This document shows positions 39,483 to 49,586 of a stretch of DNA of 64,000 bases, piece after piece. A program made the position numbers and the translations under genes. Each line of letters begins with the position of its first letter. The stretch's first letter is position 1. Source of the DNA: SAR202 cluster bacterium AC-409-J13_OGT_754m (GTDB taxonomy: Bacteria; Chloroflexota; Dehalococcoidia; Lucifugimonadales; GCA-2712585); assembly GCA_009391235.1 (NCBI GenBank), contig VEXD01000001.1, forward strand, positions 97,470 through 161,469, in the 5' to 3' direction. Below the pieces are notes generated by a model that saw only the letters and a program-made list of their open reading frames with translations, made no database searches and had not been told where the DNA came from.

Positions 39483-40078
39483 TACTTTTAGCTGCTGGGC
39501 AATCTAAACGGATGGGTACTCCAAAATCACTCCTTCCATGGAGAGGAAGGCCTCTGATCGATTATCAAATAAGTGTGCTGACTCAACTGGAATTGAAACC
39601 TGTTGTCGTAGTCCTTGGACATAATTCACTTGAGGTCAAATCCAATATCTCCCTCAGGCTAAACCCAACTATAGCCTATAACCCTAACTATAAATCGGGA
39701 AAAACCAGTTCCATACTAGAAGGCCTAAGATTTTTAAATGCTTTCAACGCTAGATCTCTAATGATTATAAATGTTGACCAACCGCGCACTCCAAAAACCT
39801 TGACCAGGCTAATTGATGAACACAAATATAAGAAAGCGCTTATAACCGCTCCAACGTATCAAGGGAAAGCAGGGCACCCTCTGATATTATCTATGACGCT
39901 GATAGATGAATTAAACGCCATTGGCGAACAGACTTATGGGATCAGAGCAATAGTCAGTAAACATTTAAAATCAGTGAATTGGGTCCAAGCAAAAAACGAG
40001 GAAGTACTGTTAGATATTAATTCAAATAACGACTATTTGATGGCATACGAGAAATTTGGCAAAGATCCTATCATATAA
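39464..40078 (+). CDS. MobA/MocA-like molybdenum cofactor nucleotidyltransferase
   Basis: LLAAGQSKRMGTPKSLLPW N-terminal NTP-transferase motif. Overlaps the xdhC-like gene by 19 nt. Confidence 0.7.
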   Translation: MDNIAVILLAAGQSKRMGTPKSLLPWRGRPLIDYQISVLTQLELKPVVVVLGHNSLEVKSNISLRLNPTIAYNPNYKSGKTSSILEGLRFLNAFNARSLMIINVDQPRTPKTLTRLIDEHKYKKALITAPTYQGKAGHPLILSMTLIDELNAIGEQTYGIRAIVSKHLKSVNWVQAKNEEVLLDINSNNDYLMAYEKFGKDPII

Positions 40079-40306
40079 AATCAAGTTGTCTAGAATTTAA
40101 TTTTGCCCAATTTTTCATGAATCATCCATTTATAATCATCTTGCGAATGTCCAATTAGGCTGTGATAATATTATTCGGTTTTTGATGTGGAAACCAAATA
40201 ATTCGATTTGGAATGAATTAACTATTTAGGAGTCACGGTATTGCTTAAAGCTCCATAAACCAACGTCTAAGCAAACCATAATATTAACCTTTATAACAGG
40301 AGCCAT

Positions 40307-41548
40307 ATGCCAAAAACTAACAACTGCCAAAACGCGGGAAACAGTAACACTCACGATCAGAATAAAGCTTTGGCCGGATTACGTGTGATTGATCTGACGC
40401 GTGCTTTGGCTGGCCCTTATTGCACAATGATGTTAGCCGATTATGGAGCAAATGTAATTAAGATTGAAGTGCCTATAAAAGGTGACGACACCAGACATTG
40501 GGGGCCTCCTTTTGTTAATGGAGAAAGCACCTACTTTATGTCAATCAATCGCAACAAACGCAGTATAACATTGAATCTCAAAAGCAAGAAAGGGCGCGAC
40601 ATATTACTCCAAATGACGAAGTCTGCGGATGTTTTAGTTGAAAATTTTACCCCCGGAGTAGTTGCAAGATTAGGTATTGACTATGACACAGTATCAAAAC
40701 TCAATCCAAAGATAATATATTGTTCCATTTCCGGATTCGGTCAGACCGGTCCATATAGCAAAAAACCAGCTTATGACCAGATGATGCAAGGATTAGGTGG
40801 TATCATGAGTATTACCGGAGAACCCAATGGTCCGCCTCAAAAGATTGGGATGGCTCTAACTGATATTGGAGCAGGAATGTTAGCAGCTTACGGTGTAATG
40901 ACGGCCCTCTTTAATAGGGAAAAGACAGAAAAAGGGCAATACATAGACGTGTCAATGTTAGATTTACAGGTTGCATGGTTAACCTATCAAGCTGGTGCAT
41001 ATTTTGCCACTGGTAAAGTTCCTCAAAGAATGGGGGCATCTCACTTAAGTTTAGTACCATATCAATCTTTTCAATGTTCAGATGGCAAATATGTAAATGT
41101 GGCCGTAGGAAACGAGCGCTTCTGGCATCGCTTCTGTGAAGGTATAAACCGGAAAGATCTCACTACAATGGAAAAATATGCTCAGAATGATGCTCGAGTT
41201 AAAAACAGAAAAAAGCTGGTAGCAATTTTAGAATCTGAATTCGATAAGCAGCCAGCAGCTTACTGGGTAAGCAGACTTGAGGAAGTTGGTGTACCATGCG
41301 GACCAGTAAATGATATATCAGATGTTTTTAACGATCCCCAAGTATCATCAAGAAACATGAAAGTGGAGTTGCAACACCCAACCACAGGAAAAATTAACCA
41401 AACCGGTATACCAATAAAGTTTTCTAGAACTCCAGGAAAGATAGAGCTTGCACCTCCAACATTAGGGCAAGATACATCAGAAATACTTTCTGAATTAGGT
41501 TATACCGAATCAGAAATAGCCTCATTGAAAGACGACTCGATCATCTAA
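40307..41548 (+). CDS. Family III (CaiB/BaiF) CoA-transferase
   Basis: GLRVIDLTRALAGPYCTMMLADYGANVIKIE and the overall CaiB/BaiF pattern. Confidence 0.85.
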   Translation: MPKTNNCQNAGNSNTHDQNKALAGLRVIDLTRALAGPYCTMMLADYGANVIKIEVPIKGDDTRHWGPPFVNGESTYFMSINRNKRSITLNLKSKKGRDILLQMTKSADVLVENFTPGVVARLGIDYDTVSKLNPKIIYCSISGFGQTGPYSKKPAYDQMMQGLGGIMSITGEPNGPPQKIGMALTDIGAGMLAAYGVMTALFNREKTEKGQYIDVSMLDLQVAWLTYQAGAYFATGKVPQRMGASHLSLVPYQSFQCSDGKYVNVAVGNERFWHRFCEGINRKDLTTMEKYAQNDARVKNRKKLVAILESEFDKQPAAYWVSRLEEVGVPCGPVNDISDVFNDPQVSSRNMKVELQHPTTGKINQTGIPIKFSRTPGKIELAPPTLGQDTSEILSELGYTESEIASLKDDSII

Positions 41549-41646
41549 GTAGTATCCGCATTCAACGTTTGCTTTGCGCCATGGAGTTCTGTATTATGTA
41601 CGCCGCACGGATACCAAATTTTATATAATTCGGGGGAATCCACTAA

Positions 41647-42441
41647 ATGGATTTAGGACTTAAGGAACGAGTTGCAATTATTGGGGGTTCCAGTAAAGGA
41701 TTAGGCAAAGCGATAGCTACTAGCTTGGCTAAAGAAGGAACCTACGTTACGATATGTGCCCGAACAGAATCTGAACTGCGTAAAGCAGAAATGGATATCG
41801 CTAGAAGTGCTACCCAACAACATGTATTAGCTATTCCAGCTGATTTGTCACAAATAGAAGATATTAAACGAGTAGTACGGGATACGTATAATCGATTCGA
41901 ACGCCTTGACATAGTTGTTAATAACACTGGAGGGCCTCCTCCAGGTAAACCATCAGAGCTGGAAGATTCTGAATGGTATCAAGCCCTGGAGCAAAATTTC
42001 ATGAGTGCAGTTAGAATGAGCAAAGAAGTTATTCCACTCATGAAACAACAGAGATGGGGTAGAATAATTAATCTACTATCCAATGTAGTAAAGCAACCAG
42101 GTCTAGATTTAGTACTTTCTACATCAACCAGGCTTGGAGTGGTAGGATTCTCTAAGATGCTCTCTCAAGAATTAGGACGTTTCAATATTACTGTTAACAA
42201 TATATTGCCAGGATTAATTATGACTGACCGAATAACATCATTATATGAATCCAAAGGACAAGCTGAGGGTGCTGACCCTGACGAATTACTGCGAGCGGTA
42301 ACTCAAAGCATCCCTGCCCGTCGGTTAGGAAGACCAGAGGAGATAGGAGATCTAGTAGCATTTATTGCTTCAGAAAGAGCAGCCTATTTATCAGGGCAAA
42401 GCCTTAGCTTAGATGGTGGCTCTCTCTCCGGAATAATGTAA
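41647..42441 (+). CDS. SDR-family protein with non-canonical active site
   Basis: GGSSKGLG cofactor motif, NNTGG, and Ser in LLSNV. The position of the YxxxK dyad reads S-T-S-T-R. Confidence 0.8.
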   Translation: MDLGLKERVAIIGGSSKGLGKAIATSLAKEGTYVTICARTESELRKAEMDIARSATQQHVLAIPADLSQIEDIKRVVRDTYNRFERLDIVVNNTGGPPPGKPSELEDSEWYQALEQNFMSAVRMSKEVIPLMKQQRWGRIINLLSNVVKQPGLDLVLSTSTRLGVVGFSKMLSQELGRFNITVNNILPGLIMTDRITSLYESKGQAEGADPDELLRAVTQSIPARRLGRPEEIGDLVAFIASERAAYLSGQSLSLDGGSLSGIM

Positions 42442-42499
42442 TTGAACTCCATTATGCGAAAGAAATTATTTAAAATAATAGAGTTGTATCACTTGCAGA

Positions 42500-44182
42500 C
42501 TAACCTGTAACTGCTCCATAGGATGCCGATGATACTAACTTGGCATACTTGGCCAAAGCTCCTGAAGTATACTCATTAGGCCTAGGTCTCCATAATTCAG
42601 ATCTTGCCCTCATTTCATCTGAAGATATTTCAACTTCCAGCATTCGATTTGGAACGTCAACTAAAACTATATCTCCCTCCTTCAACAACGCAATCGGCCC
42701 TCCAATGGCTGCCTCAGGGGCAACATGACCAACCATAAGGCCATGAGTAGCACCGGAGAATCGGCCATCGGTAATTAAGGCAACACTTTCTCCTAGACCT
42801 TGCCCCATAAGAGCTGAGGTCACCCCAAGCATTTCCCTCATGCCCGGTCCACCTTTAGGTCCCTCATATCTAATAACCACTACATCATTAGGTTTAATCA
42901 ATTGCTGTTCTATTGCCAAAAAGGCCTCTTCCTCTGTGTCAAATACTCGGGCAGGACCTCTTTGTTTTAGATGTTGTTTCCCAGCGACCTTCACTACAGA
43001 TCCTTCCGGAGCAAGATTACCTCTTAAAATTACTATGCCTCCGGTAGGTCCAAATGGCTCTTCTACAGTGGATACTATATCAATATCTGCAGGGTCTTGT
43101 ACTAATGCTAAATTTTCCTCCAATGTCTTTCCTGTAACAGTAAGAACATCACCAACAATAAGTCCAGCATCCAAAAGGCGTTTCATTATTACAGATACCC
43201 CGCCAATTCTGTCCAAATCTGCCATAACGTAACGCCCACCTGGTTTCATGTCAGCGATGTAAGGAGTTTTACTACTTATGGAATCAAAATCGTCTATCGA
43301 AAGTGGTACTCCTGCTTCATGAGCTATAGCAAGTAGATGTAATACTGCATTAGTAGAACCCCCCATTGCAACGACCAAAGTGATGGCATTCCTAAATGCT
43401 TCTGCGGTCAAAATATCACTAGGTCGTATTCCTAATTTCAACAGGTTCATTACCGCTTCTCCAGCTCTATACGCAATTTGAGTTTTGCGTTTATCGACAG
43501 CTGGAATAGAAGCATCACCAGGAAGTGTCATTCCTAAAGCTTCAATCGCAGAAGACATAGTATTAGCAGTAAACAGCCCAGCACAGGACCCAGCCCCTGG
43601 GCATGCTACACTCTCTATATCGTGCAGATCCTCACGTGATATTACGCCCTTTGAAAATTTCCCAACTGCTTCAAAAACATCTTGAATCGTCACATCCTTG
43701 TCCTGATATCTCCCGGGAAGTATCGTGCCTCCATAAACAAATACTGTTGGTAAATTTAGCCTGGCCGCTGCCATCATAGTTCCGGGTAAGTTCTTGTCAC
43801 ACCCTGCTACAGTAATCAATCCATCCATTCCTTCCGCAAAGGCTACCAACTCAATTGAATCGGCAATAATTTCACGACTAACCAGGGATGCTTTCATCCC
43901 CTGGGTTCCCATAGACACCCCATCGCTCACCGTTAACACTCCAAATTCAAATGGTGTCCCCAAATTGGAACTAACTCCATCTTTTGCAGCTTTAACAACG
44001 CTCCCCAAATGATAGTTGCATGGTGTTAAATCACTTGCTAGATTAGCTACACCTACAAAAGGCTGGCCAAAATGTTGGTCATTTAATCCCACCGCCCTGA
44101 GCATAGCTCGTGCCGGCGCTCTCGATGGACCATCAACAACTTTGCTGCTTTTAATCCTCATCCCAGGATTAGACTCACCCAT
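42500..44182 (-). CDS. ilvD: Dihydroxy-acid dehydratase
   Basis: 560 aa of canonical IlvD/Edd sequence ([20 protein letters not shown]). Confidence 0.95.
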   Translation of the reverse strand: MGESNPGMRIKSSKVVDGPSRAPARAMLRAVGLNDQHFGQPFVGVANLASDLTPCNYHLGSVVKAAKDGVSSNLGTPFEFGVLTVSDGVSMGTQGMKASLVSREIIADSIELVAFAEGMDGLITVAGCDKNLPGTMMAAARLNLPTVFVYGGTILPGRYQDKDVTIQDVFEAVGKFSKGVISREDLHDIESVACPGAGSCAGLFTANTMSSAIEALGMTLPGDASIPAVDKRKTQIAYRAGEAVMNLLKLGIRPSDILTAEAFRNAITLVVAMGGSTNAVLHLLAIAHEAGVPLSIDDFDSISSKTPYIADMKPGGRYVMADLDRIGGVSVIMKRLLDAGLIVGDVLTVTGKTLEENLALVQDPADIDIVSTVEEPFGPTGGIVILRGNLAPEGSVVKVAGKQHLKQRGPARVFDTEEEAFLAIEQQLIKPNDVVVIRYEGPKGGPGMREMLGVTSALMGQGLGESVALITDGRFSGATHGLMVGHVAPEAAIGGPIALLKEGDIVLVDVPNRMLEVEISSDEMRARSELWRPRPNEYTSGALAKYAKLVSSASYGAVTG

Positions 44183-44231
44183 AATAGAAGCCTCCTATAG
44201 TCAGTTAATTATATTGTGCCTTTCCTTCTCT

Positions 44232-45512
44232 TTAATCAATATGTAGCCATTTTTCAATAAGGTCTTCAACTTTCCAGGCTGGAGTCCCGACCGTCCATTC
44301 TCGTGAAACTGTAACCGGCACAGAATGCATGACATGCGGCATAGGCTCTTTAAATGATCCTAGAGAACTATTAGCATCTAATTCAGTTGTGGTTTCCATA
44401 CCAATAGCACCCCATAGCAATGCAATGACTTCACCGTCAACGTTCAATATAGGGGACCCACTACTACCAATCATTCCTGGCACCGTCGTTTGTATCGTCG
44501 TTTTAGTTCCTGGATCACCTTCTTTAAAGTTATCTCCCATTAATTTCTGGTAATTAACCTCATCAGCTTCAAACTCTGAATCAGTGTCATAGTTTTCCCG
44601 TAAAGGCGGAAGGGTTAGGGTTTCAGCTTGGACGAAGACACCAGCAGTAAGAGCCCAGTTACCCATCTGGCTCGGATGACCTATGGCAAATAGTGGGTTC
44701 CCATTGTTGAGTTTCTTGGAGTCCCCCCAAACGAGAGCATCAACCTCTAAAGAGACCTCTGTTCGAAGAAGCGCTACATCCCAATCCTTATCGTACCCTA
44801 CCACTTCAGCATTAAATTCATCTCCGCTGAAGGTTTTTACAATTACACCCGAGATCTTTTCAGCCCGATGACCTGTTCCTTCCCCGGATATGACATGCTC
44901 GTTAGTAACAACTAAATCATTTCCAATTGCGAATCCGGTGCCCCTTCCACCAAGTGATTGAACACTTACGATTGACGAACGCAAAACATCTGCTAAAGCC
45001 AATACTTCTTCCTCGTATTCCATTGGAAAACCAGATTCAGGGAAATCATGATGGTATCGTAGTCCCAAATTCTCTAGGCGTTTAATCTCCACCAACAATC
45101 GATCAATCTCATTGTCGAGAAATACCGTATAGGTATTTTCTTTTTCTGAACTAAGATACTTTTTTTGCTCGTTGAGGGCCTGAAGTATCTCTTCATTTAT
45201 AAAAAAAGTTGTTGCTGGTTCGACCGCAATCGCTTCCAAGCTTGTACTATCAAGCTCTTGCAACAAATCATCGCGTACGGATTTCAGGTTTACGTTTTCC
45301 TTTAATTCCTCAACTAAGAGGCCAGAGTTTTCTGAAGAAGTAGTCGATTTGGCTGTTGATGTTGGAGCTGTTGATAACGACTCTACGATCGCTTCTATGG
45401 TTTCTTCATTTGTCTTTGTGTCAACTTGAGGCTGCTGTTCAGATTGGCCCGTACAACCTACTATTAGCAGCCCAGTAAATAATATCAATGCAAACATCGA
45501 GGTTACCTTCAT
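44232..45512 (-). CDS. Trypsin-like (S1/PA clan) serine protease lipoprotein with N-terminal coiled-coil/linker region
   Basis: MKVTSMFALILFTGLLIVGC signal and lipobox, then a Ser/Thr-rich linker. Triad contexts are VVTNEHV, DVALLR and GSSGSPI. The ORF track extends to TTG 45548. Confidence 0.7.
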   Translation of the reverse strand: MKVTSMFALILFTGLLIVGCTGQSEQQPQVDTKTNEETIEAIVESLSTAPTSTAKSTTSSENSGLLVEELKENVNLKSVRDDLLQELDSTSLEAIAVEPATTFFINEEILQALNEQKKYLSSEKENTYTVFLDNEIDRLLVEIKRLENLGLRYHHDFPESGFPMEYEEEVLALADVLRSSIVSVQSLGGRGTGFAIGNDLVVTNEHVISGEGTGHRAEKISGVIVKTFSGDEFNAEVVGYDKDWDVALLRTEVSLEVDALVWGDSKKLNNGNPLFAIGHPSQMGNWALTAGVFVQAETLTLPPLRENYDTDSEFEADEVNYQKLMGDNFKEGDPGTKTTIQTTVPGMIGSSGSPILNVDGEVIALLWGAIGMETTTELDANSSLGSFKEPMPHVMHSVPVTVSREWTVGTPAWKVEDLIEKWLHID

Positions 45513-45544
45513 TTTGACACCACCAACCTGTTGCACTCGAATAC

Positions 45545-46639
45545 TCAATTTGCACCTTCTTCTAACAAGAACTGGCTTACCAAAGTGGACGCATCTTGAG
45601 CTAATGTGCCTAGGCCACTTTCGTCTTTCAAAAACCGAAGGCTAGTATGTAATTGAAGTGGTATATCTTTGTTCTCTACAGTTGCACCCCAAAGCACTCC
45701 GATAACATCGCCATCCATGTTAAATATTGGGGATCCGCTACATCCTTTCATACAAGGTGAAGAGAAGTGCAATACTGGATAAGTTTCTTTATCGTCGACC
45801 TTTTTAATTAATCCTATAGTCGTCACCCAGCTACCCATCCTTGCCGGATTTCCAATAGTAAAGATTGGGTCTCCTTCACTGATGCTCCCACTATTAGCCC
45901 ACTTGAGAACAGGAAGTGCCAAGGATTTTTCAAGACGAAGCAAGGCTATATCTGCATCAGGATTATCACCAACAAGGGACGCTTTAATTGGGTTGCCTTG
46001 AAAAGTTACAAGGGTGATCTGTCCGCTTTTAAGAGCTCCGTCCGATCCACGAACGTTGTGGGAGTTTGTGACAGCTAAGTCAGGTCCAATTAAAAATGAA
46101 GTCGCAGTACCCGATTCCCAGGAACCTAAAGACATTTCCGAAGTTTGTGAAAAAAGTAGGACAGAGTCTCGTAAACCATCAGCTAGTTCCCTGACTTCCT
46201 CTATGCGGGATGCTGGGAATCCACTAACTGTTCTTTCCGATCCTATGTCAAATTCCTTAGCTTTCCCAATAAGTAGGGACGTTCGAGCAGCTATTAAATC
46301 TTTAGTGAGCTGTCGCTCCTTAGTTGGCAGGTCAACAGCTTTACTTTCAAGTTCCTTGATTTCCTCTGCAAGTTTTTCGTATTCAGCCTCGTCAATTTCT
46401 ACCATCCCAGGCGGGATATCTAGATTTCGTTCAGCAGTTATGAAGTCATCTATAGATTCAATCTCTGCTCCCAGGTCAGAGATCTCCATTCTGAGGAGTT
46501 GATTTTCCCAAATTATCTCTTGAAGCGAACGTTCTTCGTCGGCATATACAGTAAATACGGCCATAATCAGTATAGTAACAACAACAATCGCCATGAACGA
46601 TATAGTTCGCCTACATAAAGTATTAACAGAAGAATACAT
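45545..46639 (-). CDS. Trypsin-like (S1/PA clan) serine protease, N-terminal membrane anchor plus coiled coil
   Basis: Signal-anchor helix (ISFMAIVVVTILIMAVFTV) and an acidic coiled-coil stretch. Triad contexts are AVTNSHNV, DIALLRL and GCSGSPI. It is a paralogue of the downstream gene. Confidence 0.7.
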   Translation of the reverse strand: MYSSVNTLCRRTISFMAIVVVTILIMAVFTVYADEERSLQEIIWENQLLRMEISDLGAEIESIDDFITAERNLDIPPGMVEIDEAEYEKLAEEIKELESKAVDLPTKERQLTKDLIAARTSLLIGKAKEFDIGSERTVSGFPASRIEEVRELADGLRDSVLLFSQTSEMSLGSWESGTATSFLIGPDLAVTNSHNVRGSDGALKSGQITLVTFQGNPIKASLVGDNPDADIALLRLEKSLALPVLKWANSGSISEGDPIFTIGNPARMGSWVTTIGLIKKVDDKETYPVLHFSSPCMKGCSGSPIFNMDGDVIGVLWGATVENKDIPLQLHTSLRFLKDESGLGTLAQDASTLVSQFLLEEGAN

Positions 46640-46719
46640 AGTTAAATAATCTTATCACGAGTTAGACAATGCAAGAATCATAGGAATATAATTAAAACAA
46701 CCATTCTTAAGGAACAACA

Positions 46720-47703
46720 ATGACTTTACCCAAAGTGTTCGTGGCACGTCAAATATTTCAAGAAGCATTGGATAAGCTGGCCACGGTATCCAACGTGGAA
46801 GTATGGGAACATGAAAGTCCTCCAAGCAAAAAGATCCTACTGGAGAAAGTGGCTAATGTAGACGGCATACTATCACTTTTAACAGATTCAATAGATCGCG
46901 AATTGATGGAATCAGCACCTAATCTCAGAGCAATCAGTCAAATAGCAGTAGGCTATGAGAACATCGACGTGAAAGAGGCTACGCTAAGGGGCATCCCTGT
47001 AGGGTACACACCGGACGTACTCAATGGAACTACAGCCGACATGACATTTGCACTAATGATGGCAGCCTCTCGGAAACTAATCGATGGTGTTTATGCAGTA
47101 AGAGATGGCAGATGGAAAACTTGGCATCCTCTTCATTTTCTAGGCCAAGATATATATGGTTCCACACTTGGTATTATAGGAATGGGTAGGATTGGTATGG
47201 AAATGGCAAAAAGGGCCCGCGGGTTCGATATGAACATTATCTATTACGATGTTAATCGTAGAACACAAGATGAAGAAGAAACCTATAACATGTCTCATAT
47301 GCCTTTGGATACAGTTCTACAAGAATCTGATTTCGTAAGCATACATGTAAATCTCACACCAGAAACCTATCATTTCATTAGTGATAGAGAACTGACTCTA
47401 ATGAAACCGACCGCTGTCCTAGTTAATGCAGCTAGAGGACCAGTGGTAGACCCAGAAGCCCTTTATAAAGCACTCACAACCGAACAAATTATGGCTGCCG
47501 CTCTGGACGTTACTGAACCTGAACCAATACCCCATAACCATCCACTTGTAAACTTGAATAATTGCATTATAGTCCCACATATTGCCAGTGCCAGTACGAC
47601 AACACGACTCCGTATGTCAACAATGGCAGTTGAAAACCTCATGGCCGGACTAGCAGGAATACGAATGCCCAACTGTGTGAACCCAGAAGTCTACACAAAA
47701 TAA
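46720..47703 (+). CDS. D-2-hydroxyacid dehydrogenase (glyoxylate/hydroxypyruvate reductase-like)
   Basis: GIIGMGRIGMEMAKRA NAD motif and the catalytic Arg/Glu/His contexts NAARGPVVD, LDVTEPEP and VPHIASAS. Confidence 0.85.
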   Translation: MTLPKVFVARQIFQEALDKLATVSNVEVWEHESPPSKKILLEKVANVDGILSLLTDSIDRELMESAPNLRAISQIAVGYENIDVKEATLRGIPVGYTPDVLNGTTADMTFALMMAASRKLIDGVYAVRDGRWKTWHPLHFLGQDIYGSTLGIIGMGRIGMEMAKRARGFDMNIIYYDVNRRTQDEEETYNMSHMPLDTVLQESDFVSIHVNLTPETYHFISDRELTLMKPTAVLVNAARGPVVDPEALYKALTTEQIMAAALDVTEPEPIPHNHPLVNLNNCIIVPHIASASTTTRLRMSTMAVENLMAGLAGIRMPNCVNPEVYTK

Positions 47704-47710
47704 CTTTACT

Positions 47711-48508
47711 TCACTGAATATCAAACTTAAAAAAGTGCTCCAAGGGGCCATAGCCTTGACCAATCGACTTTGCAGCCATTAGCGCCCTAGTAACATATTC
47801 CTTAGCCATCTCAATCGATTGGTCTAGCTTAAAACCTTTACCCAATCCAGCAGCTATGGCAGAGGAAAAAGTACATCCAGTACCATGGCTATTTCTAGTA
47901 TTTACTCGTGGTCTCACAAATTCTATAAATGCCTCACCATCATAAAAAACATCCACGGCATCCCCTAAAAAATGCCCCCCTTTTAGCACGATCGAATTGG
48001 CTCCTTGAGCAACTATAATTTCGGCCGCCCTACGCACCTGACTATTATTTCGTATTTCCATCTGAGCCAATATTTCCGCTTCGGGAATATTGGGAGTAAC
48101 AACTGTGGCAAAAGGGAACATCTCATCTCTCATCGCATCAACAGCATCTGCTCTTAAAAGCCGATCTCCACCCTTAGCAATCATCACAGGATCCAAAACC
48201 ACATTGGAAATCCCGTAATAGGCTAACCTCTCAACAACGGCCCTTATAATCTCCATGTTGGCCATCATTCCTATCTTCACAGCATCCGTATTGATATCAG
48301 TTAGAATAGCGTCCATTTGGTCAATAACCATTCCTGTAGGCATTTCCAACACTGAAGTAACCCCCAGCGTATTCTGAGCAGTAACTGCAGTAATTACCGA
48401 AGTACCATAAACCCCCAACGCATGGAACGTTTTAAGGTCTGCCTGAATTCCCGCCCCAGCACCAGAATCAGAGCCGGCAATAGTCATTACTTTAACGATC
48501 TTCTTCAA
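47711..48508 (-). CDS. thiD: Hydroxymethylpyrimidine/phosphomethylpyrimidine kinase
   Basis: MTIAGSDSGAGAGIQADLKTF N-terminus and a C-terminal GTGCTFSSAIAA anion-hole motif. Confidence 0.9.
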   Translation of the reverse strand: MKKIVKVMTIAGSDSGAGAGIQADLKTFHALGVYGTSVITAVTAQNTLGVTSVLEMPTGMVIDQMDAILTDINTDAVKIGMMANMEIIRAVVERLAYYGISNVVLDPVMIAKGGDRLLRADAVDAMRDEMFPFATVVTPNIPEAEILAQMEIRNNSQVRRAAEIIVAQGANSIVLKGGHFLGDAVDVFYDGEAFIEFVRPRVNTRNSHGTGCTFSSAIAAGLGKGFKLDQSIEMAKEYVTRALMAAKSIGQGYGPLEHFFKFDIQ

Positions 48509-48547
48509 TTCTTTATTAAAATCCTATCAATTGATTTTCTGCAAAAG

Positions 48548-49570
48548 TTATTTGTCCTCTGCATTTAACGCGTATTCAAGGAATTGATTATCAAATGCTT
48601 CAGAAAACTCAATTCTTGGACTTATCAATTCGTTATTAATCATCCATCGTGCAAATTCTTCCCATCTGATTTGATCCTGCCATCCAAATGAATTTGAGTC
48701 TCCATCTGTCCACAAAGGAGCGATCAATTCTACTCCCTTTCTTTCTATTGATTCATTAATTTCTGGATGAGCTTTCTTCAATGCATCAATAGCCCCCTGT
48801 GGGTCTTCTCGTGCAGATTCATACCCTCTAACAAACGCTTTTACGAACCGTCCGACCATTTCAGGATCTTTTTCAATCAACTCTTGATTGGTCACTAAAA
48901 TAAGCTCGTAGTATTTTGGCACGCCCCAGTCCTCAACACGCATTATATTTACTGGATACCCCTGATTCTCCATGGCAATTGATTCATGTGTCCAGTAACA
49001 ACCAACACAACCATCAACTTTACCTCCGATCAATGCAGCACTAAGATTAAATCCAACATTAACCAACGAAACATCCTCTAAGCCACGTGCTCCATCATTC
49101 CGTAACATAGTATCTAACAATGGCTCATCTGTAGGAATTCCTGGATATCCTACGGCCTTCCCTATCAGATCTCTCGGACGCACAATTCCAGATTCTTGTA
49201 GAGTCATTACAGAGTTCAAAGGTGACTGGACTATCGCTGTAATAGAAACAACGGGAATACCTTTCTCTCTTCCCAATAATAAATCAGGTTGATAGCTTAT
49301 CCCAAATTGGTCTGAGCCTGTGCCAACCGTTAACAGTATAGAAGCGGGATCCTCTGGAGTATAAGCAGTAACTTCCAATCCCTCATCTTTGAAATACCCT
49401 TCATCAATTGCCATAAACAGTCCTACATGATTCGCATTAGGATACCAATCAAGCGCTATTTTTACTTTATCTGTAATCAAATCACCTCTATTCTGATTGC
49501 ACGATAAGAGAACTAAAGACAAACACACTAGAATCATTAAAATACGCGTTAATCTAAATAAAATTGCCAA
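48548..49570 (-). CDS. NMT1/THI5-like ABC substrate-binding lipoprotein (ThiY-like, pyrimidine precursor uptake)
   Basis: LLSC lipobox and ALDWYPNANHVGLFMAIDEGYFKDEGLEV, typical of NMT1/THI5-like binding proteins. It lies in a TPP-riboswitch-controlled operon with thiD. Confidence 0.75.
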   Translation of the reverse strand: MAILFRLTRILMILVCLSLVLLSCNQNRGDLITDKVKIALDWYPNANHVGLFMAIDEGYFKDEGLEVTAYTPEDPASILLTVGTGSDQFGISYQPDLLLGREKGIPVVSITAIVQSPLNSVMTLQESGIVRPRDLIGKAVGYPGIPTDEPLLDTMLRNDGARGLEDVSLVNVGFNLSAALIGGKVDGCVGCYWTHESIAMENQGYPVNIMRVEDWGVPKYYELILVTNQELIEKDPEMVGRFVKAFVRGYESAREDPQGAIDALKKAHPEINESIERKGVELIAPLWTDGDSNSFGWQDQIRWEEFARWMINNELISPRIEFSEAFDNQFLEYALNAEDK

Positions 49571-49586
49571 TACAACACCCCCACAA

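Noticed and set aside
40165-40205. Hairpin ATTATTCGGTTT-N9-AAACCAAATAAT downstream of the mocA-like gene as an intrinsic terminator.
   Set aside because: The stem is imperfect and almost entirely A/T, with only a weak T-tract. It cannot be distinguished from chance in AT-rich spacer.
46014-46502. Long antisense ORFs listed in the track: 46014-46502, 55268-55792, 61482-61958, 31353-31817, 54089-54544, 42840-43232, 19027-19422, 27177-27554 and 12231-12560.
   Set aside because: Each lies fully or largely inside a confidently identified gene on the opposite strand. Each has Ser/Pro/Arg-rich low-information translations and no SD sequence or recognisable motif. These are typical shadow ORFs.
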